64,000 nucleotides of DNA from Nitrospira sp. (GTDB lineage Bacteria > Nitrospirota > Nitrospiria > Nitrospirales > Nitrospiraceae): the NCBI GenBank assembly GCA_047150005.1, contig AP038806.1:1152001-1216000 (forward strand). Direction: 5' to 3'. Below the pieces are notes generated by a model, which did no database searches, was not told the DNA's origin, and was given only the letters and a program-made list of their open reading frames with translations. Shown here one piece after another: positions 1 to 9,419 of this stretch. A program made the position numbers and the translations under genes. The number at the start of each line of letters is the position of its first letter. The stretch's first letter is position 1.

Positions 1-110
1 GCTCTGCTCGGTCCCAGTTGCCGGCACAGGTCGCGGATGGGAGTTCCGGACTCGACCTGCAGGAGGGTATAGACGATCTGTTCTCGGGGAACGCCGTCTT
101 ACGCCGAGAC
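1..110 (-). pseudogene. IS3-family transposase OrfA remnant (frameshifted, runs off window)
   Basis: Minus strand reads RKTAFP, then after a 1-nt slip EQIVYTLLQVESGTPIRDLCRQLG, resembling the IS3/IS407-type OrfA N-terminal HTH. Confidence 0.65.
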
Positions 111-304
111 AAGGAGATTGCGACATTCTTCAATATGCTTCTTCACTTTACCTGGCAAGGCTTTTTCTGCGGTCCCTATGCACGTATTTTGTCTGTCCTG
201 GAAACCCGCGCCCTTACTGTCCCGCGGCGGCGCAGTATGGCGGTTCTTTCAGATCGCAGCAAGGAACTATCTCATGGACCTGATTCCACCTCGTATCGGA
301 TGAG

Positions 305-1213
305 TCAGTGCTGGGTTGTCTGCTTCCTCGGCAGTCCGGCATCGTGGGCGGCTCCCAACGCCATCGCAGCCCAGTCGAGGTGGCCCCGCCCTTGGGCCAC
401 CAAAGCGAGAAACCGATCACGCAATAGACTCGCGAGAGGCATGGGCACAGTGCTGTCGGCTGCCGTCTGCAAGACCAGATTGATATCCTTCAATCCCAGC
501 GACAGCGTAAATCCAGCCGGCTGGTAGCGCTCCTGCGCGATCGTTTCTCCATAGGTCTGATAGGCCGGGCAGGCGAACAGTGTCTGTGCGAGCATGGAAG
601 CTAGTTTGCCCCGGTCGATCCCGTTCTTTTCAGCAAACGTAAGCGCCTCTCCGAGCGCTTCGATTGCGGAAGCTAAGAGAAAGTTCCCAGCGAGCTTGAC
701 CACATTGGCCGCTTCCGGTTCTTGCCCGAAATCGAAGACCCCTTGCCCCAGCGCACGCAGGATCGGCTGCACCCGGTCTTTGGCCGCCTGAGGTCCTGAG
801 AGACAGACCCACAGTTTCCTTGCCGCCGCCGCTTCCGGACGCCCAAAGACCGGGGCTGCGACGTAAGCGGTTCGGTACTTGCCATGGTCTTCGGCAAGGC
901 GACGTGCGGTTGCCGGGGATATGGTGCTCATGGAAAGATGCACGCCGCCTGGCCCCAAGCGTTCCAGAATTCCTCTCTCGCCGTACACGATGTTCTCGAC
1001 CGCCCGGTCGTCGGCCAACATGGTCAGCACGATGCCGCCCGGCTCGGCCGTGTCATTCGGACGGGACATCAGTGCCGCCCCCTGCGCGAGCAAGGAGGCC
1101 GCCTTTTCCGGCGTGCGATTGTAGAGGTGGAGCCGATAACCGGCCTTGAGGAGGTTACCGGCCATCGCTCGTCCCATGTTCCCCAGCCCGATAAACCCGA
1201 TGAGGTCTGACAT
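305..1213 (-). CDS. NAD(P)-dependent oxidoreductase, 3-hydroxyisobutyrate/6-phosphogluconate dehydrogenase-like
   Basis: GFIGLGNMG Rossmann motif, APVFG, VKLAGNF, GFTLSLGLKD. Confidence 0.9.
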   Translation of the reverse strand: MSDLIGFIGLGNMGRAMAGNLLKAGYRLHLYNRTPEKAASLLAQGAALMSRPNDTAEPGGIVLTMLADDRAVENIVYGERGILERLGPGGVHLSMSTISPATARRLAEDHGKYRTAYVAAPVFGRPEAAAARKLWVCLSGPQAAKDRVQPILRALGQGVFDFGQEPEAANVVKLAGNFLLASAIEALGEALTFAEKNGIDRGKLASMLAQTLFACPAYQTYGETIAQERYQPAGFTLSLGLKDINLVLQTAADSTVPMPLASLLRDRFLALVAQGRGHLDWAAMALGAAHDAGLPRKQTTQH

Positions 1214-1252
1214 CTGTTCAATCACCTTCCTGCGATTCCGCGGCCTGCTCTC

Positions 1253-2464
<1,212 letters not shown>

Positions 2465-2533
2465 TCAAGTCCATGGAGGATGTTGTAGGTAGTTGGCGTT
2501 TCATGCAAGCCATCGGTGGCGGAGGCGTGGCGC

Positions 2534-4255
2534 TCATCGGAACAAGTTGCTTTTTGCGAGGTCGATAATTTTGTCGCCCCGTCCGTTGAGCACCGCCTTG
2601 ATCATGTAGAGACTAAAGCCGATCATCTGACCCACCTCTATGGACGGCGGCAGGGCAAGCTCCTGTCGGTTCACGAGCACCTCGACAAGCGCCGGGCCGT
2701 TGTGTTTGAGCGCCTCGACGATCATGGGACGCACCTGCTCCGGCGTCTCGGCCGTCAGGCCCAGCAGCCCCGCCGCCTCGGCCATCTTCGCGAAATCCGG
2801 ATTGTGAAGGTCCGTGGCGAAATCCAGAAACCCCGCCGCTTTCATTTCAAGCTCCACGAAGCCGAGCGAGTCGTTTTTGAAGACGACCAGTTTGACGGGC
2901 AATTCCAGCTGCCGGAGAGACAGCAGGTCCCCAAGGAGCATGGCCAACCCGCCATCTCCCGATAACGTGATCACCTGGCGGCTCGGATGGCTCAGCTGCG
3001 CCCCAATGGCTTGCGGCAGCGCATTGGCCATCGAGCCATGTGCGAAAGACCCAAGGAGTCGCCGCTTGCCGTTCATCGTCAGGTATCGCGCCGCCCAAAT
3101 CGTCGGCGTGCCGACGTCGCAGGCAAAAATGGCATCGTCCGAGGTGACCTCATCGAGCACCTTGGCGACATATTGTGGATGGATCGGCGTTCGCCCCGGT
3201 TCCCCCGACGCCAGGTCATCAAGCCCTTGGCGCGCCGTCTGGTAATGACGAAGCGAGTCGTTCAAATGCTTGCCGTCTTGTTTCTGGTTGAGCCGAGGCA
3301 AGAGGGCCGTGAGCGTGGTCTTCACATCACCGACCAGGCCGAGATCCACCCTGGTCCGCCGGCCGATCTGTTCACCGCGAACATCGATCTGGATGATCGT
3401 AGCCCTTTCCGGATAGAACTGCTGATATGGGAAGTCGGTTCCCAGCATCAGCAGCGTCTCGCACTCCATCATGGCATAGTAGCCGGAGGCGAAGCCGAGC
3501 AGTCCCGTCATGCCAACGTCGAACGGATTGTCGTATTCGATGAACTCCTTGCCGCGCATGGCGTGCACGATCGGGGCCTGCAGCTTGCCCGCCACGTCCA
3601 TCAATTGATCGTGAGCGCCGGCGCAGCCGGCCCCGCCGAGAATCGTGATCTTTCGCACGTCGTTCAACACATCCGCCAATCTGTCAAGCTCGCCGTCGGA
3701 CGGGCGAACAGTCGGCGTTGCGGCTGCAAATTTCAGGCGTGGTTCGCTCACAGCGGCAGGCTGCAAGGCGATGTCGCCCGGCAGGACCACCACTGCGACA
3801 CCGCGGCGTGACCGCGCAGTCTGCACCGCAATCTCGAGGATACGAGGCATCTGCTCCGCGTTCGACACCAACTCGCAATAGTGGCTACACTCGCGGAACA
3901 GATGCTCCGGATGGGTCTCCTGGAAATAGCCGCTGCCGATCTCGCGGCTCGGAATGTGCGCCGCGATCGCCAGGACCGGGACACGGCTGCGGTGCGCATC
4001 GTAGAGCCCGTTAATCAGATGGAGATTGCCCGGCCCGCAGCTTCCGGCGCATACGGCCAAGTGTCCCGTCAAATGCGCCTCGGCCCCGGCCGCAAACGCC
4101 GCCGTCTCTTCGTGTCGCACGGGAATCCATCGAATATCGCCACTCTTGCGGATGGCATCCGTGATGCCATTGAGGGAGTCGCCGGCAACGCCGTACACTC
4201 TCTGCACCCCGGCAAGAGCCAACGTTGACACCAAGAGTTCCGCGACTGTGCCCAT
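2534..4255 (-). CDS. poxB: Ubiquinone-dependent pyruvate dehydrogenase (pyruvate oxidase)
   Basis: RHEETAAFAA, GSCGPGNLHLINGLYD, GSFAHGSMANALPQAIG, GDGG TPP motif; 573 aa. Confidence 0.93.
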   Translation of the reverse strand: MGTVAELLVSTLALAGVQRVYGVAGDSLNGITDAIRKSGDIRWIPVRHEETAAFAAGAEAHLTGHLAVCAGSCGPGNLHLINGLYDAHRSRVPVLAIAAHIPSREIGSGYFQETHPEHLFRECSHYCELVSNAEQMPRILEIAVQTARSRRGVAVVVLPGDIALQPAAVSEPRLKFAAATPTVRPSDGELDRLADVLNDVRKITILGGAGCAGAHDQLMDVAGKLQAPIVHAMRGKEFIEYDNPFDVGMTGLLGFASGYYAMMECETLLMLGTDFPYQQFYPERATIIQIDVRGEQIGRRTRVDLGLVGDVKTTLTALLPRLNQKQDGKHLNDSLRHYQTARQGLDDLASGEPGRTPIHPQYVAKVLDEVTSDDAIFACDVGTPTIWAARYLTMNGKRRLLGSFAHGSMANALPQAIGAQLSHPSRQVITLSGDGGLAMLLGDLLSLRQLELPVKLVVFKNDSLGFVELEMKAAGFLDFATDLHNPDFAKMAEAAGLLGLTAETPEQVRPMIVEALKHNGPALVEVLVNRQELALPPSIEVGQMIGFSLYMIKAVLNGRGDKIIDLAKSNLFR

Positions 4256-4267
4256 GTGAAGGGTCTC

Positions 4268-5458
4268 CTATGCGGCCTTCTTCAGGCTGCCATGCGGATC
4301 AATGACAAATTTCTTGGCGGCTCCTTTGTCGAAGTCCTGGTAGCCCTGGGGAGCCTGGTCCAACGTAATGACCTGCACGTTGACGGCTTTCGCAATCTGG
4401 ATCCGGTCGTGGAGGATGGCCATCATCAAGCCGCGGTTGTACTTCATGACCGGCGCTTGGCCGGTGAAGAACGCGTGCGATTTGGCCCATCCGAGGCCGA
4501 AGCGAAGGATAAGATTGCCGGTTTGTGCGTCGCGGTCTTTTGCTCCTGGGTCCTCAGTGACATACAGACCCGGAATGCCAATCGCGCCTGCTGCACGCGT
4601 CACATCCATCAACTGGTTCAGCACGACGGCAGGTTGATCCGCCCCGCCGTGCCCCTTCGCTTCAAACCCCACGCAATCAACGGCACAGTCCACTTCAGGC
4701 ACCCGGAGGATCTGCTCGATACGCTCTATGATCGTCCCGCCTTCCGACAGATCAATCGTTTCGCATCCAAACGACCGCGCCTGTACAAGACGCTCCTTGT
4801 TGAAGTCGGTGACAATGACCACCGCGGCTCCCAGAAGGAAGGCGGAGGCTGCCGCGGCAAGCCCCACCGGCCCGGCGCCGGAAATCAGAACAGTGGAGCC
4901 GGTCGTCACACCGGCAGTGATGCACCCGTGATACCCGGTGGGCAGGATGTCGCTCAAGCAGGTCAGATCACGGATCTTCGCCATCGCCTGAACCTTATCC
5001 GGGAATTTGAGGAGATTGAAATCGGCATAGGGCACCATGACGTAATCGGCTTGCCCGCCGATCCATCCGCCCATATCCACATACCCATACGCGCCCCCGG
5101 GCCGCGACGGATTCACATTCAGACACACGCCCGTGTAGCGCTCTTTACAGAGCCGACAACGCCCGCAGGCAATGTTGAACGGAACCGACACGAGGTCTCC
5201 GACTTTGATGAACTCCACATCGCGTCCGGCTTCGATTACCTCACCCGTAATCTCATGACCCAAAATAAGTCCGATGGGCGCTGTGGTGCGACCTCTCACC
5301 ATATGCTGGTCGCTTCCGCAAATGTTGGTGGAGACGATTTTTAGGATTACGCCGTGCTCGCATTTCCTCCCGCCGGGCCCGACCAATTTTGGGAAGTCGA
5401 TGGCTTTCACTTCGACCTTTCCAGGCCCCATATAGGCAACGCCACGATTGTTGGCCAT
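4268..5458 (-). CDS. fdhA: Glutathione-independent formaldehyde dehydrogenase
   Basis: STNICGSDQHMVRGRT, GHEITGE, CGRCRLC zinc site, LSDILPTG, GLGWAKSH. Confidence 0.93.
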   Translation of the reverse strand: MANNRGVAYMGPGKVEVKAIDFPKLVGPGGRKCEHGVILKIVSTNICGSDQHMVRGRTTAPIGLILGHEITGEVIEAGRDVEFIKVGDLVSVPFNIACGRCRLCKERYTGVCLNVNPSRPGGAYGYVDMGGWIGGQADYVMVPYADFNLLKFPDKVQAMAKIRDLTCLSDILPTGYHGCITAGVTTGSTVLISGAGPVGLAAAASAFLLGAAVVIVTDFNKERLVQARSFGCETIDLSEGGTIIERIEQILRVPEVDCAVDCVGFEAKGHGGADQPAVVLNQLMDVTRAAGAIGIPGLYVTEDPGAKDRDAQTGNLILRFGLGWAKSHAFFTGQAPVMKYNRGLMMAILHDRIQIAKAVNVQVITLDQAPQGYQDFDKGAAKKFVIDPHGSLKKAA

Positions 5459-5485
5459 GGTGTATTCCTCCTCCTCGTTCACACT

Positions 5486-5884
5486 TCATTTACAGGCCGC
5501 AGCGCCGGCTTCTGCCACGGCATGATCCTGCTCGCCCGAACCGCCGCTCACGCCGATGGCGCCGACGATCTTCCCGTCTCGTTTGAGCGGAACGCCGCCC
5601 GCAAAGATCATGATGCGGCCGTCGTTGGACGCATGAATCCCGAAGAACTGGCCACCCGACTGAGAGTGTGCCGCCAGATCTTTCGTGGCAATATCGAAGG
5701 CTCGCGACGTGAAGGCCTTCTTGATGGAAATATCAATGCTGCCGATCCAAGCCCCATCCATCCGCACGTGCGCGATTAAATTCCCCCCGGCGTCGGCGAC
5801 CGCGATGTTCATGGGTTGGCCGAGCTCCATCGCCTTCTTCTCGGCAGCGGCGATAATGCCTCTTGCATCGTTAAGCGTCATCAT
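5486..5884 (-). CDS. GlcG/HbpS family heme-binding protein
   Basis: IAVADAGGNL, RMDGA, KKAFTS, GGVPL, GAIGVSGG. Confidence 0.9.
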   Translation of the reverse strand: MMTLNDARGIIAAAEKKAMELGQPMNIAVADAGGNLIAHVRMDGAWIGSIDISIKKAFTSRAFDIATKDLAAHSQSGGQFFGIHASNDGRIMIFAGGVPLKRDGKIVGAIGVSGGSGEQDHAVAEAGAAACK

Positions 5885-6025
5885 GAATCCTCCAATGTTG
5901 ACTCATGTCGTGGAGCAGTCGTCCAAGCATCACTTTTGGGCTACCCTTCCTCATCGATTCCCCGGCTTGATCCGCAAGGCCACCTTGCCGCGTTGCCGTC
6001 CTTTCTCAACCAACTTCTTCGTTTT

Positions 6026-6094
6026 TCAACGTGTGAATCCTCCTTTGACGTAGTACGGACCATTGCTCTTGGACGTGATGATCACGTCACTCGC
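6026..6094 (-). pseudogene. Degenerate copy of the 5' end of the CDGSH gene
   Basis: SDVIITSKSNGPYYVKGGF* aligns with SDVLIQPNNDGPYYIKGEF of 7764..7970; start position is GCG and there is an early stop. Confidence 0.7.
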
Positions 6095-6274
6095 GCTAAC
6101 CACCACCTCGGCGTGCGTAGCGCAGACCATCGCATCATATTTTGGCGTTCGACACTCACGGCCCATCGAGGCTCCCAAGCCTCGACCTGGCATGTTTGCC
6201 GGTGCAGGACTGCTCTCAATGTCTCGAGATCGTCCGGACTGTCGTTCCGTTCGTTGTTCATGAACCATCGACGG

Positions 6275-7378
6275 CTAACCCGTGGGTTCACTATCCAGTT
6301 GGTGTGCTTTCCGGCCGCCGCGCGCCAGCGGATGATCGCGGAGCTGTCCCTCGACCATCAATCTCGCCATGTCCGCAGCCCGCGCCACCAGTTCCTGTGC
6401 CCCTTCACGCAGTTCCCGGCTGTTCTGGACTTCACTGACATTGCGCTCCATGTCCTCGGCGCTCCAGCCTCGCGAATGCGCGATAAACGGAAATTGCGGA
6501 AACTGGCAGCCCACTTCCGAGAAGAACGTCATCAGTTGGCCCGCCACGCCTTGTACATTGTCCTGCCCGCCCATGATGATGAAGGCGGCCACCTTGTTCT
6601 TGAGCAAGTGTCTGTTTGCGATGGTCTCCTGATTTTGAATGCAGTTCATCCGTTCGACCATTTTGTAATACAGACTGCTGGCGTTACCCCAGCGAATCGG
6701 GGTCGCGATCAGAATGACATCGGCCCAATGCACAATGGCTTCGTACACGCGATCGAGCTGGTCGGTTGGATCCATCTGCGTGATCGAGCAAGGCCAGGTG
6801 CAGGCCTGGGCCGATTTCGAATAAAACCCTTCACAGGGACGAAACTGTAGCTCGCGGAGCTTGATGCATTGCGTCTCCAGTTCGAGCGTGGTTCGCGCAT
6901 AGTCCAGCGCGATCTCCAGCATGGCATCCGAAGTGCTGTACCGTGGATGTTCGTTGGTCATTGCCGTCGTGGAGATACCGACGACACGAATCGGGCCTTC
7001 GGCGCGGACAATCGGGCGTGCGAGCGGATGGGGCTTGTGGGATTGCTTTCGCCGCTTCGTGGCGGAGCCGAGATCGATGAAGAGCCGCCCGCTCTCGATT
7101 TTGGTCGCGTAGACCGGAACCTGATCCTGTTCGTATCCGGGTTCTCCATGACCCGTCTTATGGTGGAACTTCCAGTAATGCCAAGGGCAGACAATATAGT
7201 CGCCGTCCAGCGAGCCCTCGCCGAGCGGACCCCCGGCGTGATTGCAGACGCCGGAGATCGCGGTAAAGGCCCCATCCTTGTATGTGAGCGCGATCGGCGT
7301 CGTCCCGAGCATCACTTCACGCAAGGATTTGACTTTCAGGTCTTCGACCGGCCCGACATCGATCCACTTCTCAGGCAT
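6275..7378 (-). CDS. Rieske [2Fe-2S] domain fused to flavodoxin-like NADPH-dependent FMN reductase / iron-sulfur flavoprotein domain
   Basis: N-terminal CNHAGG...CPWH; C-terminal ADVILIATPIRWG, ERMNC, NKVAAFI. Confidence 0.88.
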   Translation of the reverse strand: MPEKWIDVGPVEDLKVKSLREVMLGTTPIALTYKDGAFTAISGVCNHAGGPLGEGSLDGDYIVCPWHYWKFHHKTGHGEPGYEQDQVPVYATKIESGRLFIDLGSATKRRKQSHKPHPLARPIVRAEGPIRVVGISTTAMTNEHPRYSTSDAMLEIALDYARTTLELETQCIKLRELQFRPCEGFYSKSAQACTWPCSITQMDPTDQLDRVYEAIVHWADVILIATPIRWGNASSLYYKMVERMNCIQNQETIANRHLLKNKVAAFIIMGGQDNVQGVAGQLMTFFSEVGCQFPQFPFIAHSRGWSAEDMERNVSEVQNSRELREGAQELVARAADMARLMVEGQLRDHPLARGGRKAHQLDSEPTG

Positions 7379-7555
7379 TGCCTACCCTTTGGTTTGTTGC
7401 GCAACTAACCGATCATGGGAACAGTGTTGCAGCCGGGCCGTTCGCGTGGGTGGTCACGCGATCGACTCGGCAAGGTCCACTGTTTCTATATAAAGATTGA
7501 AGGCGCGAGCGCCGACACCAAACGTTCCGATCGGGGCGTTGACCCTCCTCGTCGC

Positions 7556-7693
7556 TTAACGTCCTTTGCAGCCTTGATGTCCGCAGCCGCACTTGGCATT
7601 GCCCGGATTGCCGGACGCGCACTTCGCGTCGCAGTACATATATTTTTTAGGAACCACGCAGCTGCAAGCAGGATGCGCGCATTTGTTGGCCAT
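7556..7693 (-). CDS. Small Cys-rich bacterial metallothionein-like protein (45 aa; not in ORF track)
   Basis: Manual translation MANKCAHPACSCVVPKKYMYCDAKCASGNPGNAKCGCGHQGCKGR*; 8 Cys + 2 His; upstream AAGGGA; co-oriented with neighbours. Confidence 0.85.
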   Translation of the reverse strand: MANKCAHPACSCVVPKKYMYCDAKCASGNPGNAKCGCGHQGCKGR

Positions 7694-7763
7694 GACGATT
7701 CCCTTCTCGATCTACCTGATCCATTCGGTCCCTGAGCGGCTCGTGTCTATTCGACCGTCACAA

Positions 7764-7970
7764 TTACCGCTTCGCGTCCAGGTTGTCTTTGAAGCCGGCC
7801 TTCTTGTGCGAGCCGTCGCAGAATGGTTTGTTCGCCGATTGCCCGCACCGGCAGAGCCAGGCTTCATTCCCCTCGACGGCGATCTGCTTCCCTCCTTCAG
7901 TGACAATCTTGAATTCTCCTTTGATGTAGTACGGACCGTCATTATTCGGTTGGATGAGCACGTCACTCAT
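7764..7970 (-). CDS. CDGSH iron-sulfur domain protein
   Basis: LCRCGQSANKPFCDGSH. Confidence 0.95.
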   Translation of the reverse strand: MSDVLIQPNNDGPYYIKGEFKIVTEGGKQIAVEGNEAWLCRCGQSANKPFCDGSHKKAGFKDNLDAKR

Positions 7971-7989
7971 GGTGTCCTCCTCTCGTGGT

Positions 7990-8523
7990 TTAGTGTAAGC
8001 CCAGTTGCTTCATGTATTCCGCGTTATCCCAAAAGAGATGCTCCTCGGCAATACAGCCGTTCTTCCATTTGGCAATCGTGGCCATCGGCATCTTCACCTT
8101 TTTCCCGGTGGGAGCGATGGTCTGGCCATCCGGTAGTTTCATCGGTTCAGAAAATGTCGCTTCCATGATCCCCGTGGTCACGGTCCAATCACCCGAGCCG
8201 AACGCGATCGGATGTGCGGTGATTCGACTGTCCGGTGTCCCGTTGAACAGGCCGTCGATGTCGGTGACATGCTGATCGATGCCTTGCGTGGTTCTCCCGT
8301 CGGGAAAGACGACCTTCACGTCCGGACAATGAATGTCGCGGAATAACTTCATGTTCTTGCGCTGGCTGTAGGCTTCAAAGTCGAGCTGATCGAACCGCTT
8401 CAAGTTGGCCTGCACCTGATCCTGTTTCGCTTGCGTTCCTTCTCCAGCGTGGACCGTTCCCATGACAAAGGTCAAGAGCGTCGCCGGCACGACGAAGAAA
8501 ATCCGCAGCGCCTGATTGTTCAT
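7990..8523 (-). CDS. Secreted SnoaL-like / ester cyclase family protein
   Basis: Signal peptide ending VHA; PDGRTTQG, GSGDW, IAPTGK, EEHLFWD. Confidence 0.8.
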   Translation of the reverse strand: MNNQALRIFFVVPATLLTFVMGTVHAGEGTQAKQDQVQANLKRFDQLDFEAYSQRKNMKLFRDIHCPDVKVVFPDGRTTQGIDQHVTDIDGLFNGTPDSRITAHPIAFGSGDWTVTTGIMEATFSEPMKLPDGQTIAPTGKKVKMPMATIAKWKNGCIAEEHLFWDNAEYMKQLGLH

Positions 8524-8651
8524 GTATTCTCCCTTCTTCAAAGTCTTGAACGGTTACGGCATGAATCGCACATCCGTTTTCACTTCATGCGGCATACGAT
8601 CCGTCCCGATGGGTTAACCTTATGCGCCGCAGCGACGTATCTATCCGTTCC

Positions 8652-9293
8652 TCAATACCCGACGGTGAACCGCTGCCGCACATGCGCGGGCCGTTCGACC
8701 TCGTCCAGCATGGCCACCGCATAATCTTGCGTCGAGATCCGGCTCTGCCCATTGGCATCCTTCAGTAACTGATCTTTTCCAAGACGAAACTTGCCGGTCC
8801 GTTGGCCGGGAGACAAATCTGCTGACGGCGAGAGAAAAGACCAATCCAATCCCGGTTCCTTGCGCAGCAAGTTCAGCGCTTCACGCGTCGCCAAGGCCCC
8901 CTGTTTCCATTCCTTAGGGAACTCAGGTAGATCGACGGACTGAACGCCCGGCTTCACCTCCAAGCTGCCGGCGCCTCCCACGAACAGGAGTCGCTTGATC
9001 CCCGCCTTCTTCACGCCGGCGATAATGGCTTTGGTTCCCTTGATCTGAAGATCGTAGATATCCGGATTCGTCCAACCGGGATTGAAAGCGCTGATGACGG
9101 CATCCTGACCGGCTACCAAACGAGCCACCTCGTTTTCGTTATACACATCGCCCTTCTCGGCATGAAGCTTTTGATGTGCCGTCAGTTTCTCCGGGTACCG
9201 CACGATGGCCGTGACTTCGTAACCGCGATCCAAGGCCTCTTTGAGGATTGCCGAACCGACGAATCCCGTGGCGCCAATGAGTGCGATCTTCAT
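8652..9293 (-). CDS. NAD(P)-dependent oxidoreductase, NADH-flavin reductase-like atypical SDR
   Basis: MKIALIGATGFVG, VGGAGSL, WSFLSPSA, ISTQDYA. Confidence 0.9.
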   Translation of the reverse strand: MKIALIGATGFVGSAILKEALDRGYEVTAIVRYPEKLTAHQKLHAEKGDVYNENEVARLVAGQDAVISAFNPGWTNPDIYDLQIKGTKAIIAGVKKAGIKRLLFVGGAGSLEVKPGVQSVDLPEFPKEWKQGALATREALNLLRKEPGLDWSFLSPSADLSPGQRTGKFRLGKDQLLKDANGQSRISTQDYAVAMLDEVERPAHVRQRFTVGY

Positions 9294-9419
9294 CTTGACC
9301 TCCTCGTCAGCAGTACTTCCGAGTTGAAACGCCTACACTCAACGACTCCAGCTTCCATCGAGTGCACATTATCTTCGATCACGATAGACGCAGTCGAGGA
9401 GGACACCGTGTCTTCCTCT

